Part shown: positions 27,572 through 37,726 of the stretch, in pieces
Layout of the letters: each line of letters begins with the position of its first letter
How positions within the stretch are numbered: the first letter of the stretch is position 1
Source of the DNA: a virus
Virus record (IMG/VR): IMGVR_UViG_3300020205_000565
Span: 1-64,000 of that record
Reading direction: 5' to 3' (one strand)
DNA length: 64,000 nucleotides
Notes under the pieces: model-generated
Database searches by the model: none
Seen by the model: only the letters and a program-made list of their open reading frames with translations
Told to the model about the DNA's origin: nothing
Position numbers and translations under genes: made by a program

Positions 27572-30500
27572 TATTGTTGCGGTTGCGGTTGGAAAGCGTT
27601 AACATCTTTTATTTTATTTGTGCTTGCATTAGAAAGGTCTCCCTTCATTTGCATATTTGCCTGGCCTACATTAGATATTGTTCCTTTCCATGTGTTATAA
27701 ACTGAATTAATATTTTCATTATATACTGTACCGAAAACAGGAGTATTTACAGTTTCACCATTTGCGTTTATAGACGGGATAGATCCATTAAGACTAATTC
27801 CCCCTAGAGCATCTCTAGAGAATTTAATGCTACCTCCATTAGGATCACTAACTTCTAGTTTACCGCGCTCGTATAGAAATTCTTCCATTGTGCTTTGCAT
27901 ACTTCTAAATGGAGCAGACTCTGCTTTATCAGAATCAATAAAGAATGTTACTTCAGGTAATTCACCTTTTGACATTCTTGTTGCTAATTCACTAGTAATG
28001 CCGGGACTATCACCGCTCCCTTTATGAGCTTCAACAAATGCAGGATTAAACGTAAAAGTTGCTGCTACTTTGTTACCATCATTAGCTGCTACATTGTAAT
28101 AAGTCCATTTACCTGACGGACGTTTTGCGGCAGCTTCTGTATCATTCTTACCGCCATAATTTAAAGAGGCGGCTTGCATAGCAAAGTATACTGATGCGGC
28201 TGCTGTTTTACTATTTTCGGTATCCTCGTAAACGTCTCTAGTAATATTAAAACCATTACCAAACATAAACTTGGCACCCTTTTGATTTCTAAATTGATCA
28301 GATGTAGCAGCAGGACCTAGATCTTTTGCAAATAAAGACATTGCATCTTTAAATGGTAATTCGTTATAGAAGACAGGATCAAACTTAGCGCTAAGAGCTT
28401 CACCAACTAAAGCGCTAACTCCTTCAGCACTAGACATTAGGTTAGGGTTAAATGTTGTAATACCTACGTATGCATCTGGATTTTTAGAAAGAGTTTCATA
28501 TGCTTCTTGTAAATCTTCATAGTGATCAATTGCATCTTCTCGCATATCAGCAAGACGTTCTTCTTCTGGTATAGCATAAGTATCAGCTCTCTGATAACCG
28601 CCTGCTTTACTTTTAGGATAATATTGTTCGTTGTCTTTATATGTTGCAAGGAAGTCGCTTACATATTCTTCTTGCGTTTTTATTCTTGATTTATCAGCAG
28701 TAAAAAATTGACCAGCGTTGTATGGATCAACTCCTGATTCGTTTGACAAAACTGGAATTAATTTATTATGATTTTCTACAGTTACCGCCTGCATTTCAGA
28801 AAGAACTTTATTTACAGTTCCTATTCTACTATTATTATCATTAATAACTTTAAGGGCATATTGTGCAGCAGGATTAGATTTATCAGTAATACCTATTGTT
28901 CCTGTTCTTGATGCAATACGATCATTTACTTTCTGCCAGTAGTCTCCGCTATTTGGATCAGTTATACCTATAGATTGGTCAAATGAAATTAATTCATATT
29001 TACCATCTGCTGTTTGTTTAACAAGTCCCGATTGAGATTTAACTTTATCAGGTACTGTTATCGTTTGGTCTCCTGCTAATCCATAATACAAGTCTGAACC
29101 TCCCTTAGCTCCTATTGTCACACCTGCTGCAATACCTGCTGCTGCTACTGGAGTAGCTGCGCCAAAACTAAAAACTTCTCCTGCACCAGATAAAGCTGTT
29201 AAACCAATTCCTCCTATAGTTTCTAGTAAGCCCATTCCGGCTTGTCCCCAATCTGTGGGAGCATCTTGACTATAAGTATATCCTTTTTCTACAACCTCGT
29301 TATATAAACCTAAGTCTTCGTTGACTTGCTGACGGATCATATTTTTTTCCTCTTCCGTCTTAGCCTGGTCTATTCTATTATTTTGTAAATCAAGATAGGC
29401 TTTAGCATTTGTCTGTGTACCTATTCTACCAGCTTGTGATACAGAAGATTGTGCGGATGCATTCTGGTCCATTACTGCAATATCTCCGGCAACATTTCCT
29501 CCACCGGTACCAGATTCTTTAGTATATCCAGAATATTCTCCGCCGGTAGTAAAGGGAGCTTGTCCTGGTAAGCCTCCGCCATTTTCTTTTATCATGGCCA
29601 GCATGACATCAAGTTCTGCTAACTTCAGGTCGTATCCAAACTTCTGAGCATTTTCTGCTACGCGGAAAGCATGCTCTTGGGCGTTAACGGCAAATGGATC
29701 TGCTTCAAACTTTAAGATTTTCATCTTAGCGTTAGCATAAGATCTAGCTGTTTCATTAACTAGATTATCCATTAGGAAGTAGCTCATGGCATTGTCTACT
29801 CTGTAGCGTAATCCTTCTATATCTTGTTCGTCAAAGTTTATAGCATCTGTTTGAGATAGTACTTCTTTGTTTACTTGATCTACAGTAGCCATTACCTGTT
29901 CATCCTTAATACTATTTTGATATAAGGCAATAAGGTCTTTATCAAGATCTGGGTCAACCCCTTCAGTTCTAATTTTATTCTCTAATACCTTCTTAGTACT
30001 TTTGGCATTATCATTACTTTTGGTAGTAACTGTATTTCTCTCTCTGTAGTAAGCGTTAATCTCGTCTACTCTAGTTTTTAAGTATTCTTTTTCTGCAGCT
30101 AATTCATCTCCGCCGTACTTTTCAGCTCCTGCCTTCATAGCATTTTTACGGTCTACGTAAGCTTGCGTTGCAAACATGTCTTTAATACGAGGGTCTCCTG
30201 CTACAACGGATCCAAATATATCTTGTAGTTTAGGAATAGCTGCCTCTCCATTGGCATATACAATATTGTACATTCCAGTTTGGGTAAGAGTCTCTGGGTT
30301 AATGTCGTTATCTTTACCAAACTTATAAAGCTTTTCTGCTGCATTTACAAATGGTACATATCTAGGAGCTGAGAATCTAAGTGACTGCTCATCAGTAGAC
30401 TTAGCAAAGTCTTCTCTCTGAAACTCTAATCCTCTATCTCCTTCTGCCCACCATTTAACTTCTGTTTCTTTTGGATCCGGGTTATCTCTAAGGGCCTGGC

Positions 30501-30864
30501 TTTTCTTTCTAGCGTTACCATACTGCTTAGTATAAGATAAGTCAGCTCTAAAATAATCGTTATCGATAAGAGGTTGAAATAACTTATTAGCTTTCTGGAC
30601 GTTCTCAGGTAGAGATAAGTCTACTCCTGATAAACGTTTAATTTCATTGTCTATCCCTGTAAAGAATTCGTTTCTTCTTTGTACGTTAGGTTCTCTAGTT
30701 AGCTCAGAATTAAGTAGTTGACCATAAGCCGCGCTAATTTTAGCGTAGCCGGCATCGTACTGTCCTTGCTTGGTCTCTAGGGCCTTTTGAAAGAAGTTAA
30801 AGTCCGGCTGAAAAGGCTGGAGCTTAGGGATGTAATCTGTTATTCCTTGTATGTAGGTTGCCAT
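27571..30864 (-). CDS. Internal virion (cargo/ejection) protein
   Basis: 1097 aa; no Cys; helical N-terminal half; long Gly/Ala hydrophobic segment (GLLETIGGIGLTALSGAG...AAAGIAAGVTIG); lies between the cargo and RNAP clusters. Confidence 0.75.
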   Translation of the reverse strand: MATYIQGITDYIPKLQPFQPDFNFFQKALETKQGQYDAGYAKISAAYGQLLNSELTREPNVQRRNEFFTGIDNEIKRLSGVDLSLPENVQKANKLFQPLIDNDYFRADLSYTKQYGNARKKSQALRDNPDPKETEVKWWAEGDRGLEFQREDFAKSTDEQSLRFSAPRYVPFVNAAEKLYKFGKDNDINPETLTQTGMYNIVYANGEAAIPKLQDIFGSVVAGDPRIKDMFATQAYVDRKNAMKAGAEKYGGDELAAEKEYLKTRVDEINAYYRERNTVTTKSNDNAKSTKKVLENKIRTEGVDPDLDKDLIALYQNSIKDEQVMATVDQVNKEVLSQTDAINFDEQDIEGLRYRVDNAMSYFLMDNLVNETARSYANAKMKILKFEADPFAVNAQEHAFRVAENAQKFGYDLKLAELDVMLAMIKENGGGLPGQAPFTTGGEYSGYTKESGTGGGNVAGDIAVMDQNASAQSSVSQAGRIGTQTNAKAYLDLQNNRIDQAKTEEEKNMIRQQVNEDLGLYNEVVEKGYTYSQDAPTDWGQAGMGLLETIGGIGLTALSGAGEVFSFGAATPVAAAGIAAGVTIGAKGGSDLYYGLAGDQTITVPDKVKSQSGLVKQTADGKYELISFDQSIGITDPNSGDYWQKVNDRIASRTGTIGITDKSNPAAQYALKVINDNNSRIGTVNKVLSEMQAVTVENHNKLIPVLSNESGVDPYNAGQFFTADKSRIKTQEEYVSDFLATYKDNEQYYPKSKAGGYQRADTYAIPEEERLADMREDAIDHYEDLQEAYETLSKNPDAYVGITTFNPNLMSSAEGVSALVGEALSAKFDPVFYNELPFKDAMSLFAKDLGPAATSDQFRNQKGAKFMFGNGFNITRDVYEDTENSKTAAASVYFAMQAASLNYGGKNDTEAAAKRPSGKWTYYNVAANDGNKVAATFTFNPAFVEAHKGSGDSPGITSELATRMSKGELPEVTFFIDSDKAESAPFRSMQSTMEEFLYERGKLEVSDPNGGSIKFSRDALGGISLNGSIPSINANGETVNTPVFGTVYNENINSVYNTWKGTISNVGQANMQMKGDLSNASTNKIKDVNAFQPQPQQ

Positions 30865-30896
30865 ATCTTATTGTAAAAATACGAAAAAAAATCTTT

Positions 30897-30913
30897 AAAG
30901 TTTAATAAACTTT
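30897..30913. promoter_or_regulatory. Perfect 8-bp inverted repeat AAAGTTTA-A-TAAACTTT, possible operator
   Basis: Intergenic, just upstream of the promoter-like motif of the 1097-aa gene; AT-rich, so a chance match is possible. Confidence 0.3.
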
Positions 30914-30928
30914 TTAAGTTTAAATTTA

Positions 30929-33808
30929 TTATAGTAAACCAACTATATAACTATAAGGAACACTTCCTCCCTCTTCGAAATAGTAATTAGGATTATTTCC
31001 TACCCCTGGATCTACTGAAGCGGGCATCATACCGTTGTAAGCATTATAGAAGTTAGCATCCATAGGATTTCCCATACCTACATTACCTTTACCTTTTGTC
31101 CAAACGTTTGATAAAGGTCCGGCGTATTCTCTAGCTAAGTCTGGGTTATCTCTTAAGAACTCTGCAAACTGTTGAGCATCATTATGACTAAGCATTGCAT
31201 TTTGGTTAGCTACCATTTCTCTATTTGGAGCAAAGAATAGTTCACCGCCAGCCGCAGGATTAATTCCATATTCTGGATACATCGTATTCAGGGTTTGTGC
31301 TTTAGCTCTATTAGTAATTCTATTAGCTTCAGCTTGAGCATATGCATCACGAGCCTCACGTTTAGCGTTATCGTAGTTCTGGTTGGTTGTATTAACTTTA
31401 TCTACGTAAGCCATCATCTGGCCGGCATTAAACTTCTGAGCGTCGTTCATTATATCAGCTTGCTTGTAAGCAAATTCGTTAGCTGTTCCAACGTTAAGAT
31501 TATTATACTTACCCATTATCTTAGCAACGTTATCTGCCAAACTTCCAGATGCTCCTGCTATTCTAGCGCCTAATGATTGTGAAGATCCCGATGTACCTCT
31601 AAATGCATCGGACGTTTCTGTAAGCAAAGCATTGTTAGCTTGAATTTCTTGCTCTGGATTATAAGGAGTTGGCTCAGGTAACATAGGTTCGTATGATGAA
31701 AGAGACGGATAATATCTGTTGATATTAAACATGTTTCTTCTAGCATTACCTTCTAGTATGCGGTCCTGTATAAAGTCTGGCGTAGGTTTTCCTGTTTGAT
31801 ACCTTGGAGATTCTCCAGCAGTAGGGTCTAATAATCTTTCGGTCTCTTCTACTGTATCTTCAAGAGGATTTACTTTTCTATCGTATGTAAATGCATCAGC
31901 ATGCTCTAATCCTAATTTCTTATCATCGCTTAATCCTGGACGGAATTGATCTGGTTTAAAGAAATGTTCTACAGCATCTACATAGTTAAGATTAGGTATA
32001 ACGTTACCGTCTTTATCTTTAATCTCCCTAGCCGTTCTAACTCTCTTATTACCTTTAACAAATGCAGGTGTGTACAAGAGATCAGGATTATTAATATTAG
32101 CAGAAATATGTGGATCATTTATATCCATACCTAAAGAGTAGAACATATTTTTTCTGTTCTTTAACTTATCTTCTGCTGATGCCGCATCCCAATCATCTGC
32201 CGTCTTACCAGGATTTCTAGCTTGCCAGAAACGGTACTCATAAAACTTAGGGTCTGTATAACCAAAGAAACCTGTATTCTCAGAAGACTGTAAAGCAATC
32301 TGGTATTCTTTTTCACCAGGTACGCCTAGTACATTATCCTCAGCGCCGTAAGATAAAAACTTAGTTAGGAAATCTTTTTCTGCAGTAGTCATCTTATCAC
32401 GTGCAGCTTTAAAAATATGCCATCCTGGATCTTTATCTGCTTTGCCATCGTTGTCTGAATCCCATCTAGTAGCATGGTATTCTGCTCCTCCGGCCGCTGC
32501 TAATTTATCAAGAATTACTTTGGCTTTTTTCTTATCTTCTTCAAGATTTCCAGTATAGTTTGTTTTACCAGACTTAGTTGAAGCAATAGGTTTAGTCACA
32601 TCATACTCTTGAACTTGGTAGTACTTACCATCCTCTTCGTAAATATCTCCTTTGGTTACAGCTTCAATTTTAGGCTTAAGCTTAGTCTTATCAGCTACAG
32701 CAGGTTTAGTAACTTTCTTTACTATATACTGTTTACCGTTCTTTGTTATAAGCTTTTCTCCTTCTTGTAATGTATAGTCCTGACTAGTATTACTAGTTGA
32801 TATATTATTAATATCATTTATACGAACACCTCGGCCGTCCTCATAGTAAGTATTGCCATTAGCATCTTTACGAAGATAGATACCAGTACTTGCATCTGGT
32901 CTAGGTCCTCTGTTATTATTTGCAGCATAGGTAGGTTGATTTCGAATCTGCTCTAACAACTGAGTATAATAGTTATTATAATACTCTCGTTCAGCAGTTC
33001 TTTGTGCTCTACGCTGCATCCGTCTTTCCATTCTAGGATTATATACATCCTGTTCAGGATCAGTTTGACCTCCAGGTGCATACTGTCTTAAATGATTCAT
33101 CTGTCCCCCGTGTCTAGCCATAGGCATTTGCTGAGGCATCATTTCAGATTGTTGACCTTCCATAGCGCCTTGTTGCATAGCCATCATTTCTTCTTGCCCA
33201 GGTTGAGGTGCTCCCTCAGGCTGTGGATTCATATCTCTTGGTAAAAACATTGCGGGATCTAAGTTATACTTAGCCATGTATGGCATAGATGCTGTAGCTA
33301 TTCCTCCCGGAAATCCTTTCATTGATTCTTGGATCATAGCTAGCTTACCTAACTTAACGTTATAGTTAGCAATAACCATCTCCGCTGTATTAACTTGTAA
33401 TGCATCAGAATTAGGATCTTGTAATATCTTACGGTAAGTATTCATGTCGTACTTCTTTGCAATCTCTGCTGGAGTATAACCTCCTTTTTTTGCCGGTAAC
33501 CCAAATTCTGCAAGTAATACGTCATCCTTAATTCTCATAGATCGTGTATCACTAAAGATAAATGATTCAGGCGGGACAGCTAAAGCAACTCCCCCTTCAA
33601 AGTGACGCTTACCTCTAATGTTATAGTGTGCAGGTCCTCCTTGTTTATTAGGAATGTAAACTGTTTCGCCTCCTTCGGCTTCTAGATTAGCAGCATCCCT
33701 AGGTACTGCACTTAACGTATTACGAACTTCTACTTGTTTTTTACCAAGCTTATTCGGAATATACTGTGGGGCCATTTGGTTCCCCGTCTTTATGTTGTTA
33801 CCGTACAT
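30929..33808 (-). CDS. Cargo protein, crAss-like C1-type
   Basis: 959 aa; N-terminal EAEGGETV...GKRHFEGGV...FIFSD signature seen in crAss-like cargo proteins; N/Q/A-rich helical C-terminus; no Cys. Confidence 0.7.
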   Translation of the reverse strand: MYGNNIKTGNQMAPQYIPNKLGKKQVEVRNTLSAVPRDAANLEAEGGETVYIPNKQGGPAHYNIRGKRHFEGGVALAVPPESFIFSDTRSMRIKDDVLLAEFGLPAKKGGYTPAEIAKKYDMNTYRKILQDPNSDALQVNTAEMVIANYNVKLGKLAMIQESMKGFPGGIATASMPYMAKYNLDPAMFLPRDMNPQPEGAPQPGQEEMMAMQQGAMEGQQSEMMPQQMPMARHGGQMNHLRQYAPGGQTDPEQDVYNPRMERRMQRRAQRTAEREYYNNYYTQLLEQIRNQPTYAANNNRGPRPDASTGIYLRKDANGNTYYEDGRGVRINDINNISTSNTSQDYTLQEGEKLITKNGKQYIVKKVTKPAVADKTKLKPKIEAVTKGDIYEEDGKYYQVQEYDVTKPIASTKSGKTNYTGNLEEDKKKAKVILDKLAAAGGAEYHATRWDSDNDGKADKDPGWHIFKAARDKMTTAEKDFLTKFLSYGAEDNVLGVPGEKEYQIALQSSENTGFFGYTDPKFYEYRFWQARNPGKTADDWDAASAEDKLKNRKNMFYSLGMDINDPHISANINNPDLLYTPAFVKGNKRVRTAREIKDKDGNVIPNLNYVDAVEHFFKPDQFRPGLSDDKKLGLEHADAFTYDRKVNPLEDTVEETERLLDPTAGESPRYQTGKPTPDFIQDRILEGNARRNMFNINRYYPSLSSYEPMLPEPTPYNPEQEIQANNALLTETSDAFRGTSGSSQSLGARIAGASGSLADNVAKIMGKYNNLNVGTANEFAYKQADIMNDAQKFNAGQMMAYVDKVNTTNQNYDNAKREARDAYAQAEANRITNRAKAQTLNTMYPEYGINPAAGGELFFAPNREMVANQNAMLSHNDAQQFAEFLRDNPDLAREYAGPLSNVWTKGKGNVGMGNPMDANFYNAYNGMMPASVDPGVGNNPNYYFEEGGSVPYSYIVGLL

Positions 33809-33810
33809 AT

Positions 33811-36800
33811 TTATAGATATGAAAGTTTACCACCTCTTTTTATAATCTGGTTTATTTGATCTTCTGTCAAATATACCTCGTCTCCTTCTTTTAAGTTCTC
33901 CATCATGCTGCCGCCCATCTGAGCATAAGTATTAAATCCAGAATGGAAAGCGTCATTACCATCAGGGTTTCTCTTACCTCTACGGAAGTCACCAGATAAA
34001 ATATCATAGTTTCCTTCTGTGCTTCTCATAGGATTAAAGTTATTAGACGCTTGACTCCTTGTTTTGTACTCAGTTTCGGCATATGCTGCATCTCTTCTTT
34101 TAAGCAAGTTAGTTGCAAAGTTAATAGCTGCAAGATCTTTCTCAGGATTACGAACTTTTTTCTTTTTAAACTTTGATTCTACATCAAAGCCATCGCCCAT
34201 AGCTGTATCCTTATCTTCACTTTTCATTTTTCTTGAAAGATCACTTAAATCAGTAACTATAGGCTTTCCATTAAGGTCTTTAACGCCTAGATCTATTTTA
34301 TCTGTCGAAAAATCATGCGACATAGGTTTACCAAACATATCTGTAACACCTAGGTCAAGTTTGTTATCATATAAGCTATTCATATGATTCTGTATCATTT
34401 CTTGTGAACTAGGTAATGACCAATCCATAATAGGAGTTGTACCAGGTTGTGCAGAACCAAATGGTCCACCATCATCGTATCTTCTCATAAATCTATGTAA
34501 GGATCCGCCTTCTTTTTTAAAGTATTGAGGTGCAGTATAACCAGTAGCTGGGCTAAAGTAAGTCTGATCTATGTAGTCTTGTACAGCACCAGATCTTCCT
34601 GACCAAGCGTTATACTGAGTACCCGGTCCACCACTATTACTAGGAAAATCTGTTAGTACCCCACCCGCTAAATCATCAGTCCTAAGATTAGCATAAATAA
34701 CTTTTCTATGATCTGTTATAGAAGATGTAAATGCTTGAGGATCATCCGCATACTGTTGATTAATAAGATCTTTGTTATCCTTCCATAACTGATCAGCATT
34801 TGTTTTTAACCAACTTCTATATTCAGGATTACTAATTACTGGACTACCTTTTCCTGTATAACCTTTATCTACACCAGCAGCTCCTAACACCATTACTCTA
34901 GGATCATAACCCGCATTAAATACCTGATCCGCAGCAATCTCTCTAATTGGAGCAGGCATGTCATTAAAAGATTCCCACAGAGCTTTCTTTTTTGGATCTT
35001 TGGCCATTACCGAATCCCAATCTTGTTTTACCTTATTAGCATCAGGGTACATGAATTGTCCAGCACTTTTATCTACGGCATAGTTTTTCCAGCTTGGATC
35101 ATAGTTATCCGGAAGAGCAAGTCCCGCAGGTTTAGTGCCAAACCACTCACCTTCTGTTTTAACTATTTGATTTTGCGTTCTGTTTAAATCAAAATCAGGA
35201 GGAGTATAAGAAGGTGTTGATGGATTAGAAGGAGTTGATGGAGCCGACGGATTTTTACTAACAGTATTTCCTGGCTTTTGATTAGTACTATTAGCTGTAT
35301 TAGTACTATTAGCTGTATTAGTAGTATTAGTAGTATTAGTAGTATTAGTAGTATTAGTAGTATTAGAACTGCTACTAGGATTTGCAGTGTTATCGGCATT
35401 TCCATTATAACTAAAAGTCATTGACTTAAGTCTATTACCCGGATCCCTTGCTATACGAGTTTTAATCTCAGATACACCAAGTAACTGTGGATTACCATAA
35501 CTACCAGCTAACATCTTTTCTCTAAAGTCTTTTGTAAGTCTGTTCTTAGAGATAACTCCTAAGTTTCTACCTCTCATGCTTCCGTAAGCAGCATAGGGAT
35601 TATATCCACCGTAAGGATTATAATTGTCATAATCCTGAGTTCCTCTTGAAGATTGGGGATTATATCCTAGAATTTCCCTTGTGACAGGATCTACAGCATA
35701 TCTTACTCCGTTAATTACTGTTGTATTCTCATTAGTCGAGTTATTATGACCATCATAAAGTATATTACGATTGTCAGTTCCAATGATCTCAGATCCGTTT
35801 GGAGCAGTTTTTTTCTCTGTTTCTTTAGGAAGGTTATTTGGTTTATACCAACCCCCATTAGGGTTTTTAACATACCCTTGATCAGTAAACATTTTATCTT
35901 CTTCTGGACTACCAGTAGTAGTTAATGTATTATTAGCAGTAGTACTAGGCTCTTTATCTCCTTGATACTTTTTTAAAGCTCCTCCGTCTCTATAAGGGAT
36001 TTGCTCATAGCCAATACCTTTATTAAATCTATCTAAAGCATTTCTTTGTCGGGTATTATCTAAATTAGGAACAGACCATCCTGGTCCTTCTTTAGGGTAT
36101 ATATACTCTGTGCCAGCAGAATTATCAAGAGAATCGCTATAAGCACCTTGCATCATATCTCTAAACTGAGCACCATACTGGGGACCAACTCTATTAAATA
36201 TATTATACGCCCCTATTTGTTGTTCAGACATAGCCTCCTCATTAGCAAGATCTCTGTTGTACTTATCTAAAAACTGATTGTAGGCAGCATTTTCTGGATG
36301 CCCTAAAACATTCCTTTCGAGGTCCAAAGTACGTTTTCCATAAAGTTTATGTTTCTTCATGTCAATTCCGGAGTTATCTAAATCCACCCCATAAATGCTT
36401 TTCATAGGAAAACCATGGTAGTCTAATTCTGTCCAAGGGTAGACAGTACCATAACCATTATAAGCTTGTCTTCTAAGAAGTTCATCATTGCCATATCCTA
36501 GTCTAATAGCTTCTTTATCTTTTTCGGTTTTAGCAAAAGCCATATCATATGCCGCACCCCTATTTTGAGGATCGCGATAATCTAAAACATGACCGTAGTT
36601 AGGATCAGTTTTTCCTAGATTTGATTCTTGAAGAGCAATAGACATTAATTCTTGAGGACTCTGACCATACTCTCTAGCCGCTCTTGCAATCTCACCTATT
36701 ACGCCTGTATGATAATCACCACTTTTTAGATCCACATTTGGATTAATAGGTTTACCCGAAGTAGCATTAATAGTACGAGGGTCATTGATATGTACACGAC

Positions 36801-37686
36801 TTGGATAACTTGGTGCTTTATATTGTGGATGTTTCTTACCATAACCCCAATTAGACTTTCTATAACTATCAATATCATCGTGCCCCATTTCTAAGGCGCG
36901 TTTATATACATCTAGGTTCATTGCATTCTCAAGTACCCCACTTAAACCGTCCTGAGCTCTTGGTAAAGCTCCTCCATCTCTTTTAGTAAAGAGTAAGTCA
37001 TCTCCAAAGTTGTTAGCGTAGTTAGGATCGTTTGGTCTAAAAGGTTCTTGAGGATATGTGCTTGTAGGGGGTTGTGAGGGAGGAGTAGGTTTTTTAACGC
37101 CCGGTCTATCCCTATAGATATTCTTTTCTTTATAGTAATAATCATTAGGACCTAATGCTCCCATTCTTTGCACATAACCGGATACAGCATTTTGGCTTAA
37201 ACGATTAAGGTAGTTAGAATTTTTTGCGTATGCGTTTAAGTTTCCGGGATCATATGAATTCATAGGGTCGCTGCCCATACCCATACCATACTGAGCCATA
37301 GGCTGTTCTTGGTCTTGTTCCATGACGGCTTTCTCAAGATTTTTCTCAGCAGCATCGCGAATCTTTTGAATAAAAGTATTCATTCGATCACTATAAAAGC
37401 TCGTGTCTTCGTCCTCTTCTTCTACTGCGTTTGGATCGCCTCCTTCTTGCATCATAGGAAAACCATTGCTATAGTAATGGTCAAAGTCCTGCATAGTTTT
37501 TTCGTTTACTCCTCCTAAGTTTGCACCTGTTTGGTATTCAGGTAATCCCATAGGAGAAGCTCCCATAGATCCTACCGAACCTCCGTCAGGCATCCTTAAG
37601 AATAAATTACTTCCGCCATTCTGGAATCTTAGAGGAATCATTGTTCCTCCTTCCTTAGACTTATATCGATTGATCATTTTATTCAT
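33811..37686 (-). CDS. Modular internal virion protein with two predicted lysozyme-fold domains
   Basis: 1291 aa; SLT-like IALQESNLG...AYNGYG; GH108-like IVKTEG...DMPAPIREIAADQVFNAG...AWSGR; many xxxGG motifs; no Cys. Confidence 0.7.
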   Translation of the reverse strand: MNKMINRYKSKEGGTMIPLRFQNGGSNLFLRMPDGGSVGSMGASPMGLPEYQTGANLGGVNEKTMQDFDHYYSNGFPMMQEGGDPNAVEEEDEDTSFYSDRMNTFIQKIRDAAEKNLEKAVMEQDQEQPMAQYGMGMGSDPMNSYDPGNLNAYAKNSNYLNRLSQNAVSGYVQRMGALGPNDYYYKEKNIYRDRPGVKKPTPPSQPPTSTYPQEPFRPNDPNYANNFGDDLLFTKRDGGALPRAQDGLSGVLENAMNLDVYKRALEMGHDDIDSYRKSNWGYGKKHPQYKAPSYPSRVHINDPRTINATSGKPINPNVDLKSGDYHTGVIGEIARAAREYGQSPQELMSIALQESNLGKTDPNYGHVLDYRDPQNRGAAYDMAFAKTEKDKEAIRLGYGNDELLRRQAYNGYGTVYPWTELDYHGFPMKSIYGVDLDNSGIDMKKHKLYGKRTLDLERNVLGHPENAAYNQFLDKYNRDLANEEAMSEQQIGAYNIFNRVGPQYGAQFRDMMQGAYSDSLDNSAGTEYIYPKEGPGWSVPNLDNTRQRNALDRFNKGIGYEQIPYRDGGALKKYQGDKEPSTTANNTLTTTGSPEEDKMFTDQGYVKNPNGGWYKPNNLPKETEKKTAPNGSEIIGTDNRNILYDGHNNSTNENTTVINGVRYAVDPVTREILGYNPQSSRGTQDYDNYNPYGGYNPYAAYGSMRGRNLGVISKNRLTKDFREKMLAGSYGNPQLLGVSEIKTRIARDPGNRLKSMTFSYNGNADNTANPSSSSNTTNTTNTTNTTNTTNTANSTNTANSTNQKPGNTVSKNPSAPSTPSNPSTPSYTPPDFDLNRTQNQIVKTEGEWFGTKPAGLALPDNYDPSWKNYAVDKSAGQFMYPDANKVKQDWDSVMAKDPKKKALWESFNDMPAPIREIAADQVFNAGYDPRVMVLGAAGVDKGYTGKGSPVISNPEYRSWLKTNADQLWKDNKDLINQQYADDPQAFTSSITDHRKVIYANLRTDDLAGGVLTDFPSNSGGPGTQYNAWSGRSGAVQDYIDQTYFSPATGYTAPQYFKKEGGSLHRFMRRYDDGGPFGSAQPGTTPIMDWSLPSSQEMIQNHMNSLYDNKLDLGVTDMFGKPMSHDFSTDKIDLGVKDLNGKPIVTDLSDLSRKMKSEDKDTAMGDGFDVESKFKKKKVRNPEKDLAAINFATNLLKRRDAAYAETEYKTRSQASNNFNPMRSTEGNYDILSGDFRRGKRNPDGNDAFHSGFNTYAQMGGSMMENLKEGDEVYLTEDQINQIIKRGGKLSYL
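35281..35366. repeat. 9-nt tandem repeat (GTATTAGTA)n with 18-nt variants encoding an (NTT)n/(NTANST) linker
   Basis: Visible in the sequence; protein reads SNTTNTTNTTNTTNTTNTANSTNTANSTN. Confidence 0.9.
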
Positions 37687-37726
37687 AATGTGCTAAGATA
37701 AGCATTATACTATAAGATACTGATTT

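Noticed and set aside
35281-35366. Possible CRISPR array
   Set aside because: 9-nt units with no spacers, in frame within a CDS; no cas genes
35184-35405. 73-aa poly-Leu/Ile ORF that looks like a membrane protein
   Set aside because: It is the alternative-frame reading of the 9-nt tandem repeat
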